From the NCBI GenBank assembly GCA_965153455.1, contig OZ234494.1, positions 2,108,001-2,172,000 on the forward strand: 64,000 nucleotides of DNA, in the 5' to 3' direction. A program made the position numbers and the translations under genes. Source of the stretch: Sphagnum compactum. Its lineage: Eukaryota. The notes under the pieces were generated by a model. The model worked only from the letters and a program-made list of their open reading frames with translations, was not told the origin of the DNA and did no database searches. Below, in pieces: positions 50,366 through 64,000 of this stretch (positions are counted from its first letter, which is position 1; each line of letters begins with the position of its first letter).

Positions 50366-51167
50366 GTACAACTTTGATAGTACACAATCTCCCAATCTCA
50401 GGTTGTGTGTTGTGTTATGTGGACCTAGACCACTTTCAGAACCAGACTGGTTTGGGTCTTTTCTTGAACTAGAACATGAGAATTGGAGACTTAAGAGTTT
50501 GAAGAATCCTACTTGGAGCATCTCCACCCCACACCTGCAAACACCCCTTTTCATTAAATCTTGCTGCGCTCCTGTATTGATGTCCATTTTGCAGTGGTCA
50601 TTTTAGCCCCGTTAAAATCTGTTTTCTACTATGGATTTGGACAATGACTATGACTATTACTCGTCCAGATGTAAAGACATAAATGGTCTTTGAGTGTTTG
50701 AAGGGACTTTTATGACGTTTGTGGGTGGGCACAGTGATCATTAAACACCATTCTATTTTAACATAAAGGAGTTAGTTGTTTACAGTTTTGGGGTGGAGAT
50801 GCTCTTAGAACTCATCCAGAAGTTTGATCCAAATTTCAAAAATTAGTCAGAATTAGAACCAGAGGTTCTGTCCAATTACAAAAAGCATCAAAACTGAAAC
50901 AGATGGTTCTTTTCCAAGCACAGAACTGGACAACATTATTAGCGGTATGCATTCCCAAAGACTAGTAACCATGTGTGCAATTTGATTTCCAAATTTTCAT
51001 AAAACCGGAACTAAAAGGTTCTTCACAAAATCAAAGAACAGCCCAACACTGGTTGGGACTTAATGGGGACCCAGTAGAATGTTGCAGTTACCTAAAGCCT
51101 TTTCTGTTTGGAACCTGTCTGACCAATTGCACATACGAGAGAATATGGAGTGTACCGTCCAAAGTTT

Positions 51168-51496
51168 TCAAAGTGCCAAAGGGCCCTCCTCTTTTTGTCT
51201 TTGTTACTTTTGTTTGTCAAAAAATTTCAATTACATTGCAAAAGATGCAACCATCCTCCATCTTAAGTCAGGTGGTAGCAGTAGGCATAGCTGCTTCCCA
51301 ACTTCCACCTTTTCATAACGCACCCCCGCCCCCATCACCACAGCCAACCTATTACCAGCAGTTGATTGTTGAGAGATTTTGACATCTAGTTTGTGTGAAC
51401 TTGACGTCCTTTAAATTCTCCCCCTTTTTTCTTTGTAATACTATTGCACATTTTTTGAATCAGCGATGTGTTTACAAATAAAGTTTTGGAGGGTTA
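51168..51496 (+). mobile_element. 5'-truncated 3' fragment of the CRE-like non-LTR element
   Basis: KGPPLFVFVTFVCQKISITLQKMQ..ILS..VAVG...LPP matches ORF 36422..36688. The 3' UTR (ttgacatcta.tttgtgt.aactt.acgtcct...ataaagttttg.agggtt) matches 36296-36420. Confidence 0.85.
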
Positions 51497-52189
51497 TTGC
51501 TGGGCATGTTGCAATTTTTTGATTTTTTCACATTCCAAGAATCTTTACATGAAGGCCATCCTATAATTAATTCAGCATTGGCTCAATTGGCATTTGCATA
51601 TGATTAATCCATGAAGAAAGTGTGAAATGAACAATTGGTACCTTGAATATTTGGGAGGGGCAGGTTCACCTGTCCTGGTTTTGGATATCCTTTGTGCAAT
51701 AATATATCCATCATAATTTCCTTGAGCGTTTCACACAGATTACAACTGCATGTCGACATAACACACACACTCACACACACAAAAAATATAGATACAACTG
51801 CATGCAAAGGAATCCAGTACAATCAAACACAAAATCCATGTCCAGATATCTGCCCTGTAGTTACTAACTTTTTAGGGTTTCTTGTTCAAATCTGGGTTGT
51901 CTGGCACCTGGGTTAGTCTGGACAAGGTACTGCATGCACCTCAAAAATTTCCAAGTTTTGAGTGCATTTACACAAGAACCTGATGCGGTCACACATTTAT
52001 AAATACCCACGGAATAACCAATGGCATCATGCTTATATGGCACTGATGCGGCACTAACACGGTGTTGATAGGACGCTCAAGAATGCATTGGGAACACATG
52101 TTCTCGCATGGGAACCCATGCCCTGAAAAAAAGAAGTACAATGTTTTGAAAGTGTTCATGTTCAATATTTTGCCCCCAAAATTTGCATC

Positions 52190-52740
52190 GTTTTAGAAAA
52201 AACCTATGTTGACATAGGTTTTGGAAAGAAAAAGAAAAAAAGGTGCAATTTGTTCAATATTTTTCTCAAATCATAAGTAATGTTACAAAAACATCATGTT
52301 GGCATAGGTATTTTTGAAATGACATAGGTTTTGAAAGAAAAAGAAGTTCTGTATTTTCTATTTTCTTTCTCTACCTTTTTCCCAAAACCTACATCATTTC
52401 CAAAAAAACCCACATCAACAAAGGTATTTTTGAAAATGATGTAGGTTTTGGGAAAATAAATAAATAAAGTTCATTTTTTAAAAAAAATTCCAACCAAACC
52501 TATGTCATTTCAAAAAAAACTTACGTCGACATATGTGTCTTTTAAAATGACATAGGTTTAAAAAAATAAAAAATAAACTATTAATTTTTTTCAGTTTTTC
52601 TTTGTTTTGTCCCCAAAACCTAGGTTTTTTTTGAGAAATTGAATTATTTTTTTGATTTTTCAGTTTTTATTTTCCAAAACCTACCTCAATATAGGTTTTT
52701 AAAAAAAAGTGATGTAGGTTTTGAAAGAAAAAATTAAAAT
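52190..52740. repeat. Array of inverted AAAACCTATGTC / GACATAGGTTTT-type motifs (foldback/MITE subterminal-like), followed by a degraded LTR fragment at about 52755-53100
   Basis: aaaaccta(t/c) and (c/t)ataggttt alternate repeatedly, giving multiple palindromes. Confidence 0.6.
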
Positions 52741-53626
52741 TTCTTGTTAATTATTGTTATGACCTTAGTCTTGGCTCTTGACATGGGAAGGGAATCATGA
52801 CAAGGGAAGTGGGCCAAGAAAGTGTCCCATGATTCAAGCACATCCATGCAAGTTTGAGGGTGCAAGAGAGTGAGTCTCAACATTCCCAAGTGGTTTGAAA
52901 GTCCAAAGGAGTTGGAAAAACAAGAATTACATGACCAAAGGAATGGTCAAGAATCAAATTGATAGTTTAACTCCTAATCACTAAGATGTATGATATCAAA
53001 ATCATATCACTTTTGATTGAAACATGTGATATGTTGTTGGAAAGTTTTTTTCAAGGGCTATAACTTTTCTTGTGAGCTCCCAAATTAGAATCCAAATGGA
53101 AGAATGTTAGGTTATGGTTAGTAAACTAAAATAAATTTGGCCCCAAGCCCATTTTGGTCAATGTTAATAAATTGAAAGCCTACTAGGTTTTTGATGATGC
53201 AACCAAAGGGATTGGTTACAAAGTTTAGAAGGGGGGATAAAGGTATAGTAATGCTTGAAGAAGAAGAAAACTAGGAGGTCATTTTTGGAGAGGAAGAGGA
53301 AATTGACTAGGAAACGACAGTGGAAGAAACCTTAAGGATAATAGTTTTTAGAGAAAACCAAATAATAATGGTGGAGGATGGTACATTTGTTTTTTTTTTT
53401 TTAAGGTAGGATTATTGAATTGAAGTGACAATAATTATTGCCTCACCTAACAAGGATGAAAATGACAAGGAATTTCAAGGGATATAGAGAATTTGGGAAA
53501 GTTCAAAGTAATTGGAAATTTACTTGGATGGTAACGATAGCTTCTTCCCACCTACACCCAGATGTTTCATGATGGAGGTAGTACCCATAATAGGGGCAAT
53601 GATTAAGTCAATTGGATGAAGGTTGG

Positions 53627-54264
53627 TGGTAAAAGTGAAATTTAATCCCTGCAAAATTATTTCACACTATTGTAACAACAGATTTGCATTACAATATGCA
53701 CACATTCACAATTTTTGCTTTAATTCTAACCACATTTGACTATGCAATTCATTAAAACACCATATTCATGATTATTTCATATAACAAAAATATGCAATTC
53801 AGAATACAATGTAGAAAAATCCCGAGACAAAATTACAATTCAATACATTACATTTTTTATACTCCATAAAATTCACACAACAATATGGACATGGAAATCG
53901 CTGCAGAAGTCTGAACTTCTATCAGTTTTACTATTAAAAAAAAACTCCATTCGAATTATAGCAAAATTCCATGTTCTATGGAAATGAAATCAAACAGCAA
54001 AATAAAATATGTGGTTTATCCAAAAACAAAATCTATGGTTTTCTACTACCAAGTACCTACAATTCTCCTTCTTCAAAACTGTGTCTCCCAAAAAAAATCC
54101 TCCTCCTCTTCCCTAGATCTTCGCTCTTTGGGCAATCCCAAGTCACATCATCATGATTCAAAACCAATAAGAATTAAAAATTCAAAACTACAATGTTCCA
54201 TGAACAATCCCTATATTAAATGCCTTGTTCATCCAAATCATGTAATCATCATACACCCTTAACA
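53627..54264 (-). repeat. 3' LTR (638 bp)
   Basis: Direct repeat of 61505-62146. Confidence 0.88.
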
Positions 54265-55949
54265 TTACCCCTCTGTAATTTGGATTCCGACCCCAAAATC
54301 CTTGGAACATGACAAAATGAAATAAAAGTATTTTGTAACACTCTAAACATATGTTTCCTCTACGATAGTATCTACAATTTCAACTTGTACAACAACTAGT
54401 GGTTCTGTACCCACTTTGGGTTTGTAGTTCAGACTTATATCTCTGTCTTTGAAATTCTGACCTCCTCCTCCACTAACTTAGTATGTGGTTCTATTTCCAA
54501 GGGCTACATTTTAGATACCTCTTCTTTTATTGCTGGAATAATCTCCACTTGTCCTTGTTCCTAAGTTATCTACAGTTCTTTTCTTCTTGATCCCTTCTTT
54601 TGAGGTCCTATGGTTCCTTGATTTGCACTTCCTCCTCCTGAGCTATTCCATTGGGCCTTGCTTCAATCTCCTCATCTTGGCCCGATACCTCTGTACTTGT
54701 TGGATTGCCACAGATAAAATCTGGAATTGTTTTTTGATAAGCTTCCAACTTGTACTTCATAATTCTTTCATCAGCTCTATGTTGAGCCAAAAAATTTTCC
54801 AACTCCTTTGTAAAATATTCCTCTGCAACCTCCCACCATTATTTATATTTTGCCTCAGAATCCTTCATCTTGTTCATATGGTATAATATTGCAACATTTG
54901 TCCATAATCCTTTAGACTTTTCTTTAACACTAGCTGGGTCTACACTCTTCCTTTGTTCATGTGCCATTTTTAACTATGCTTACAGGTGTTGTAGATTCTG
55001 CTGATACTCTTTCTTTTCTTCCAGCAACTTCTATTTCTCTGCTTCTACTGTCTTTCTTCTAAGCTCTTTAGATTCATTAATTCCAAATGTATCAGAACAT
55101 TCTCCTTTTCCTTCTATTTTTTAGTCAATGTTTTCACGTGACTACTTAAAGCTTCTTATTATTGCTTATGAAGAAACAATGCTTTTGTCCACTTCCTCTT
55201 TATGAATTCCTAGATTTTAGACTTCTACTTTAAATCCTACATGTTTTCATCCTATGACTTCAGGCGTGTTGTGCTACCCTTGAGCTTTTCATTTTCATCC
55301 TATAGTTTCTTAATGAGCCCTTTAATTTTCTACTCAACCTTTGCCGTGTTCTTCCTCCAAATTTCCACATTATGCTTATACCCCTTTTGGAAGTCCCTTT
55401 CCTTATCCAATTCCTTTTGTAGTATTGCCTTCTCCTTCTCCCCCATGGCCAATATGTTCTTTAAATTGCTCACCTCTAGATTCAAATTGCCCATATTCAC
55501 ACTTACAATTGTCATAGTTTGAAATAATTTAGTTGTTTTTTGTGTTTGCATTACTTTTGCAGCTACCTCCACAAATTTGGTGTACTTGTCTGTGTCGTAG
55601 GATTTTTAGATCCTTCTATAAATGATCCCATCTCCTACACCAATCTACTCCCCAACTCAAATTCAAGTGGAAATCCTTCTACAAATCCTGATCTACTACC
55701 TGGTACCTATATTTCTAATGGTCTGAGTATTGCAAAAGAAGGTTATGTTTCCACTCTCTTTGTCTATAATCTAGTAGCATGTAGACCTTCCTGTGTCTAC
55801 TATTGTTGTTGTTGCAAATGATGTTGTAAATGCTGGAAATGTTGTGGACTTGTAGTGGTCTCCATCCAATCTTCATATACATTGTCATCAAAATGTAGAT
55901 GTTTTTCACCCTTTGGAAACCTTGTGTCATGTTCCTTCTTAACTTCTTA

Positions 55950-56160
55950 GCTCTACTCCCTTAGCTATCTTTCATGTGGAGATGTCATCTATGGTACCTC
56001 TTGCCTCTGCTCCCTAAGTTGTCTTTCTTGTGGAGATGTCATTTATGGTACCTCCTGCCTCTGTTCCTTGAGTTGTCTTTCCTGTGGAGATGTCATCTAT
56101 GGTATGTCCTGCCTCTACTCCTTGAGCTGTCTTTCTTGTGGAGATGTCATCTATGGTACT
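55950..56160. repeat. 54-bp (18-codon) tandem repeat, about 4 units, in the retroelement's extra ORF region
   Basis: tggagatgtca recurs at 55977, 56031, 56085 and 56139 (period 54). Confidence 0.9.
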
Positions 56161-57434
56161 TATGTAGTTTGTGTGGTTGCCTGTACAATTGTTGGCACTT
56201 CCCATACCATTGTTGGCACTATAGATGGTTCCATTTTGCCCCTCATCATTTTTTGTGCCCTTACATTTGTGCTCTCATGTTCCCTCTTCACTCCTAAGCT
56301 TAAGGCACTTTCTTCAACTCTATTTTCTTTTTAAAAACACTTCTTGGAGAATTTGCGACAACTTTCTTTCTATTTTCCAGTGTTGTCTGCATCTCCTCCC
56401 TAGTTCTTTTAACCTTGGTTGATGGTTTATCTAGATTTTCCTTTTGATGCACAAATAAATACCTACAGATTTTTGCCAATATCAAGGCAGACTAATAGGT
56501 ATCTTTCTTATTTCCCTTATTGTCCTTGACATACTTATACCATCGATCTAGCTCATTACATAGACTATTGAACATAATTTGTGCCCAACCTACCTTCTGC
56601 CCCTTTTTTGCTCTCATCAATGTTATGACAGTCTTATTGTTAAAATATTGTACCTTCTCCCTTTGATAAATGACAGATATAATGGCAAGATATTTGACAA
56701 AGTATGGCAGACCCAAACTCTTTGTATTCCACTGATTTGCAAAATAATTTACAAGTGCAAGTCTACAATTCTACAATGCCTCAACCATTAGTGACAACCA
56801 ATTGTTTACTAATGACATACACCTTATCCTTATGCCCAAAGTAAATATCTACGCCTTTAATAAAAAAAATTGTTCATAAATTCCAACATGACATTGGGCA
56901 TTGGTGCTTTCCAATCCATCAAAAACAAAGGAACAAGCCCGCCTTTAAAAGCCCAGTCTTCTTCCTCAGTAATGTCCTTCCAATTCTCCATCCATTCAAC
57001 ATGCTTATCATAATTTTGTTTTGTCTGTGTCCACATGAATCATTGAGGATCTGGAATTTTAATACCTTTCTCCAAAAGTGTAGCTTTGTCCAGGATTGCA
57101 CATTTTCTCTTTGTTACAACTTCCGACTCACGCCTTTCGATTTCCATCGCCCTTTGTTGTGCTTCCACCATCGCTTGCAACTCTATGGATTGCTATACTT
57201 CCATCTGCACTTTTGTAAATAACTGTAATTTCGCCTCAACAACATTTTCCTCCCCTGTGTCCTTCTGCATTATCTGTTCTTCCACGAAGTGCTACTCCAC
57301 AACTTCATTTTCCTCAGATTCTTCAATGAACACTGGATCTACTGATGTAGCTCTTGGTCCTGTCTCTTCTCTTACACACCAACTTCTTCTGCTTCTACGT
57401 AAAAACTCAATTGCAAATGTTCCAGTTCTATATA

Positions 57435-59754
57435 CACTACATGAAAATGCATCATAGTTCACTCTGGGTTTCACTATATTTTGAGTGAATTTGGATAATT
57501 TTTAATATGGTGAAACTTATCAACCCCCTAGTGAATGGGGAGTAGTTGTTACGGACAGTGAATTGGTTCATTAGTACCTAGTGAAATATAAATTTACCAA
57601 GCCATTTCACTTGCTAGTTAATTAACTAGGCAACATGGAAATCAATTAAATTTAAGATATTTAATATTTAATATTATTGATAACTTCATGATTTTCATCC
57701 TATTAATTATTGGCACGTGTCATTACTTATGTTAGGTTAAAAACCTAGCCTACGTACATAGGCCATGTAATTAATTTAAGTAGGCACCTATTATACGGAA
57801 AAATATAGAAAAATATTCGATCAACTTACCATTGTTGACCACAAACATACCATTTGTGAAATTTGAACCCTTGACCTTTATGATGACAACAAACACCTCT
57901 ACCATCAAGCCACCATACTTGTTGTGATAATGTGTTACATTGCATTTTATTTACCCAATACTTCATTTTAAACATTACAAAAACATAAACTTTGAAAATT
58001 CATATCTTATTGAGATTTTGTCCAAATGAAATGATTAAAGTTTAATTTTAAAGTTTTTTCAATAATGCACATAATTACATTTATTTCCTTTTGAAAGTGT
58101 AAAATCATTTGAACAATTTTTTTGAATATCACTATTCAATAACATTTCAATGACCATTTTTAAAAAAAAGAAAATGTTTAATAAATGGATAATTTCTTTG
58201 TTAATATAATAATGCTACCTATGTTAGGTTATTTTCAGTTATTTTAAAGCTATTTTTCATTGTTTTAAGTTATTTCACCCTACAGTATTTACGACTATTT
58301 ATGGCTATTATCAGTTATTTTTGGCTATTTTTAGCTATTTCACCTTAAGTTACTTTAGGTTATTTCAAGTTATTTTAAACTATTTTATGATACTTTGGGT
58401 TATTTCACTTTATGTTATTATTGATTATTCTAGGCTATATTACCATAGGCTATTTATGGCTATTATATTGGTGGTTATTATTAATTATTCTATTGGTGGC
58501 TATTGGTGGTTATATATTTTATTGGTGGCTATTGTTGGTTATTTTATTAGTGGATATCGGTGGTTATTTTATTAGTGGTTATTAATGATTATTCTATTAA
58601 TAATTATTGATAGTTATTCTAGTGGTGGTTATTAATGGCTATTTTATTGGTGGCTATAGTGGTTATTCTATTATTGTCTACTGGTGGTTATTCTATTAAT
58701 GGTTATTGGTGGTTATTCTATTAATGGCTATTGGTGGTTATTCTATTAATGGCTATTGGTGGTTATTCTATTAATGGCTATTGGTGGTTATTCTATTAAT
58801 GGCTATTGGTGGTTATTCTATTAATGGCTATTGGTGGTTATTCTATTAATGGCTATTGGTGGTTATTCTATTAATGGCTATTGGTGGTTATTCTATTAAT
58901 GGCTATTAATATTTATTTTATTAATGGCTATTAGTAGTTATTTTATTGGTAGTTATTGGTGGAACTATTTTATTAATGGCTATTAGTGGCTATTGGTGGT
59001 TATTCTATTAGTGGTTATTGTTGGCTATTATTGTTTATTCTATTGTAGGCCATTGGTGGCTATCTTATTGGTGGATATTAATGGTTATTCTATTGATGGC
59101 CATTAATGGTTATTTTATTATAATCTATTGTTGAATATTCTAAGCAATATTATCATAAGCTATTGGTAGTTATTTTATCATAAGTTATTTTAAATTTTTT
59201 TCATAAACTATTATTGAATATTCTAGGTTATTTTACCTTAGGTCATTATATTATATTTTAGATTATTTTAAATTTTTTAAAATAACTTATAGTCACATAA
59301 AATACAATGACCTTGAATAACTTAAAGTATAACTTGAATATATTAACTTAAAGTAAAAAGTTTATAATAAACTAATATACCTTAAAGGGGAATAATGTAT
59401 AATAATTTAGGGTACAATAATTTATAATAGCCTATAATAACTTATAATAACTTAGGATATAAGTTAGAATAACTAAGGTAACCTAAAATAATATAGGGTA
59501 TATCATAACTAATATAGGGTATTTAAAACAACAACATAAAAATAATCCTATTTATCACAATAAATTATAATAGTGAATTATGTCAACTAATAGTGAAACA
59601 TTATGTTTACATAGTGATATTCTAGTGAAATAACTTTAACCAAGGTGAAATCATTTAACCAATGTGAAATCATTAAAGTGTAGTGAACTTATTTCACTTT
59701 CAAGGTCCCATAGTGATTTAGGTTAATGAACTTCACCCCATTTTTATAATAGTG
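57435..59754. mobile_element. Non-autonomous CACTA (En/Spm) element nested in the LTR retrotransposon
   Basis: 5' end CACTACATGAAAATG...AGTTCACT; the 3' end reverse-complements to CACTATTATAAAAATG...AGTTCATT. 3-bp TSD ATA on both sides; repeated AGTGAA/TTCACT subterminal motifs. Confidence 0.8.
58686..58907. repeat. 25-bp minisatellite (GGTTATTCTATTAATGGCTATTGGT) x about 9, with degenerate flanks about 58290-59200
   Basis: Units start at 58686, 58711, 58736 ... 58886 with no spacers. Confidence 0.92.
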
Positions 59755-61504
59755 ATATATTTTGAATTATTGTTTATGCAAATTGCATCTTCTCATTGTA
59801 TGTTTTTCCTTCTGCACATTCGGAAGATGATGATGAATGCAACAACAACCTTATAGCTAATGGTTGAATATTCAACATGCCTTCACACTTTGCTCTTCTC
59901 ATGATCAATTCCTCTTCTACTTCTGTTCACAACAATTTCGCTTCCTCCTCCTGCCTTCGTCTATGCTCACTTCTCTGCGCTTCCTTTTCTTTTGTTATTC
60001 TCTATAATTTTTCAATCGCACTTTCTACATTCATGCTGCTATGAATTCCAAAACTTCGAAAACGTGCACAACTTCTAATAACAAACGCAAACTGCTTTTA
60101 ATGGTTACCCTTTTTTTTCATCCTTTAACTTCATGTCCATCACATTCAATTTTTTACTTGCTCGTCGTCTTTTAATTAACGTGTGATCCTCGAAATTAAT
60201 ACAGCCCATGATTACAAGTTTGTGTTCCTTGTACAACCATGTGGAAGCACTTCGTGTCATCATTATGAATGAACACTGCAGATTTCATCTTCTTACAGAT
60301 TATTCCACATCCCTAATTTCCTTACATTAGCTAACTAATTTCACCTCGTTTGCCTTGTACACTTTTTGTTAATTGTGCCATTTATTAGCTGATTGTGCTA
60401 ACAAATCTGATGATTGTGTGAATACCCTTTATGATTGGGCAAATACTTATGCTAATTTAATTGATACCCTTGATAGATTATCTTCAGATCTTTACATCCC
60501 AAATCTTCACTTTTGTAAGTATTATTCACGAACTTGTCAGTCATTTGTAAATTGAAAACCAATATTGTGTTGACTGTAGAATCTTCCATCTGTTCTCCAT
60601 CTTTAGTACTATGCATCTATGGTTTTTATGTTTCATAGTCTTCATCTTCCTCCTCCATATCAGAATTCTCTGCCTGAACTCCACCTACATTCTATTCCCA
60701 ATATACTGGCATCTACTGTTCTTGTTTCTGAACTTCAGATTCCATGAACTTATAAGGTTTTAGCTTATTCACATTAACCAACATAGGGTTAGTTTCAAAC
60801 TTTTCAATGGTCACCAATAACACAGTGTTATTTGGCAACACATACTATACTTTGTATGGTCCAAATCATTTCCTAATAAACTTCCCTAAGTGTGACTTAT
60901 TGCCCTTTGGAAACCACATAACTTAATTACTAAAACTAAACTATTTTTTTAGATTCTTTTGTTGACTCCATAATGCTCTATTCCATTATCGAAGTTTTGT
61001 AGTTTTTGCTGTAATTGTGCCTTTTCTGAAGACCCCCAATCCATACTTCATGTTGTACCACCTTTGGTGGTAGAAATGACCTATGCCATGCAGGTCTTTC
61101 CTCTGTTATTAGAACTTGTCTGTCCAACATCAAATTTGGACATGGGGTTTCTATAAGCTTGGCATACTCTTTTCCATTTTCAAGATTGTATTTTATTTGT
61201 TTTCCAATGATTTGATGATTTGCCTCCAAGTTCAATTATCGTTGTAAACTCCGGTTCACCATTTGATTCATTTTGTTTCATAATTCTTCATCTTTAGAGT
61301 CTGTAGATCGCTTTGCAATCTTTATCTTAGAATCAATCGCTTAGACTTCTAATACTTTTTAACATACCCCTATTATTTATGAATTGAGAACAAAACCATT
61401 TGTTTGAATACTCTCCTCTATAGTATAACAACAAAAATTGTAAAAAACCTTCTTGTTATATCAAAAAAAAATAGAAAAAAATTCCCCACAAGATGGTCAC
61501 CAAA

Positions 61505-62146
61505 TGGTAGAAATGAAATTTAATCCGTGCATAATTATTTCACACTACTATAACAACATATTTGCATTACAATATGACCACATTCGCAAATTTTGCCCTA
61601 ATTTTAACCACACTTGATTTTGCAGTTCATTAAAACACCAAATTCATGGTCATTTCATATAACCAAAATCTGTAGTTCAAAATACAATGTAGAAAAATCC
61701 CAAGACAAAATTACAATTCAATACATCACATTTTTTATATTCTAAAAAATTTACACAACAATATGGACATGGAAATTGTTGCAAAAGTATGTACCTTTCG
61801 GTTTTATTGTAAAAAATAATAATCCATTCATATTACAACAAAATTCCATGTTATGTGGAAATGAAACCAAATAGCAAAATAAAATATTTGATTTATCCAA
61901 AAACAAAATCTATGGTTTTCTATTACCAAATACCTACAACTCTCCTTACTTCCTCAAAACCATGTGTCCCAAAAACAAATCCTCCTCCTCTTCCCTAGAT
62001 CTTCCCTCTTTGGGTAGTCCCAAGTCACATCATCATGATTCAAAACCAACAAGAATTCAAAATTCAAAACTACAATGCTCCATGAGCAGTCCCTGTCCTA
62101 AATGACCCATTCATCCAAATCATGTAATCATCCTACCCCCTTAACA
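61505..62146 (-). repeat. 5' LTR (642 bp)
   Basis: Direct repeat of 53627-54264, followed on the minus strand by a PBS-like TGG. Confidence 0.88.
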
Positions 62147-64000
62147 ATTGGAAGTTTGGCCTATATCATCCATGGGATAAATGAAAGAAAATGAAAAAAG
62201 TTAAGGAAGGCACTACACCATAACTACTAGTAGGACATGCATAGTAAGAATAACTTCTTTGGATGATGCCTGCAACAAAGTGGAAAGTAAATAGGAAGAA
62301 GGCAGAACATCAAAAAAAAGGAGAAAAAAGAATGAATGTATGGAAATAGACCAAAAGATAGATAGAAGGTTAGTAAACATAAATAGAGTGGATGCAGCCA
62401 TAGCCTTGGAGATTGTGAGAGGACTACGACATGTTTCGGCCATGAAACAAATGAACAAAATGAAGAATTGGTTAGTGGAGGAAGATGAGGCATGGGCCAG
62501 GAAGTGAAAAACTTATGTGAATATGTTGGGGGAATACATTGGGGGTAGATTAAAGTGGACTTCGTGGTGGATTTTTTGCATGGCCTGCTAATGAAATATG
62601 CTAATGAAAGATGCTAGATGGGTGGTAGCCATGAGGGGCAAGGAAGTTTACATCAACAAGGAGTGACGATGGAAACCATGAAGCTTCCCCACATTGTAAG
62701 AAACATGTCATTCCTAGATGTCACAATTATTGTCCGTTAAAAAATTAGGCACATGGTGTCACTACTAGCAAAATTTGTCACAAGTGGGTCAACCATGCAC
62801 CAAATGTTGGGACAATATTCACTTTGTGTTGTGCATTGTTGCAAGTTATTCAACTCAAGAATGATTAATCTTATTGTTCCTTTACTATGGTGTTATTTCT
62901 TCAAATGGCAGAAGAGGGAGGCATCATCAATTGGGCTGGGTTGGTTATGTTGGGTTTGCAATAGGATATGTGTAAATGGCTAGAGGGAGCTTAGCCTAAG
63001 GAGTTGGAAATTGCCCAAGTCATGGATGTATTGTTGAGGTGGTGGTTTCCAATGGAGAATGAAGCATTTAGAGGGGAAGGGGACAACATCAAGGAACCAC
63101 AAACTAGCACAAGGGGGGGTTCACTCCTTCACCAAATGTTATAAGCATGAGGAGGGACATGGTACTAGAGCAACTACCATTTCCCCCCAAACACAATGAC
63201 CACATGTGGAATAGTTGACGAAAAAGAAGGCAAGGAAGGAAGGTAAAAAGGTAGCCAACTTTCAACCTAAAACTAGATGATGTTGGTTTACAAGGAAGGG
63301 CAAACGATACTTCCATCTTTTTAAGGGAAAAAGTTCTAGAAAAATGTGAACCTTACGATCCCTACATTACTACAAAATGTGGGTGTAGTTCACTAGTCCT
63401 TTTTCACTAGGCTAATGAATTCATTGCATCCCCATTAGGTCCAGTTCATTACGACTAATGAATTCACTCAAAATCTTGTGAAATCATTTGATGTACAGAG
63501 TCACCTTTAATCCAAGTGAAATCACTTGACATACAAAGACATCTTTAATCCATTGGCCAACATAAGAAACAGTAGTTCCCAACTACTTACCATCACCTTC
63601 CCCCTTTCTGAATCCTTCAATTACTTTTAGGGGGAGATGGATCTAGTTTAAATTGAGGTGGTACTTTTGGACCCCTATGATTACCTTTAAAACCAAGACA
63701 TGGAGAAAGCAACACAAGTAAGGGGGTAATGCTAGCCACTATTGCCCTTCCCTAAACAATAATGGAAGTATGATTTCCATCAAAGCCACCTATCATGCAT
63801 TTTAGACTATTTTAGAAAAGGTGGTAATGGCGAAGATGGTATTCCCAACCCCCACTATCGTCCCCCAAGGAATAGGTGGCCCTTTTAATACAAAAGGCAC
63901 CTCATCAAAGGAGACCAGGGCCTGGGTAATAGAGATGGCCAACTTGCAAGCTACCTTCAACCAAAAATGGGTAATTTTGGGCATGGTGATAGGGTAGATG

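Larger units (their letters stand above)
53627..62146 (-). mobile_element. Internally deleted, decayed Ty3/gypsy-like LTR retrotransposon (8.5 kb)
   Basis: Direct LTRs at 53627-54264 and 61505-62146 with TG...CA ends; degenerate TSD GTTGG/ATTGG. PBS-like TGGTGACCATC next to the 5' LTR (about 61485-61502, minus) and purine tract AGAGGGGTAA before the 3' LTR. Integrase C-terminal GPY motif LGKFIRK*FGPYKV...VNVNKLKPY at 60740-60900. No recognisable RT or RNase H. Confidence 0.85.

Noticed and set aside
55950-56160. CRISPR-like array or plus-strand repeat protein (ORF 55974..56297)
   Set aside because: The whole 54-bp unit is repeated, not repeat plus spacer; it lies in the minus-strand extra ORF region of the retroelement.
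58686-58907. CRISPR-like array
   Set aside because: Head-to-tail 25-bp units without unique spacers, inside a CACTA element in eukaryotic DNA; no cas genes.
63365-63580. Second CACTA-like terminus (CATTACTACAAAATG...AGTTCACT)
   Set aside because: Resembles the 57435 TIR family, but no matching opposite end or TSD could be identified.

Overview
AT-rich, repeat-dense eukaryotic DNA. It looks like a non-flowering land plant, most plausibly a bryophyte such as Sphagnum; this is inferred from intron style, repeat families and the ODC sequence, not verified. Only one intact protein-coding gene is supported: a 4-exon ornithine decarboxylase (ODC, minus strand, join 12593-12450, 12096-11779, 11636-11474, 11004-10175; 484 aa). 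The rest is mostly transposon debris: a foldback element, MITEs and Helitron-like repeats, a decayed CRE-like non-LTR retrotransposon, three solo LTRs with TSDs, a Copia fragment, and an internally deleted gypsy-like element carrying a nested CACTA. The most interesting region is the roughly 1 kb upstream of the ODC start. It has only one AUG, which opens a 2-codon uORF. It also has a candidate AUU-initiated 59-codon uORF whose stop (GCG-UGA) is in frame with ODC and resembles an antizyme-type frameshift site, overlapped by a GC-rich double stem-loop. Together these form a candidate polyamine-sensing translational control element for plant ODC.
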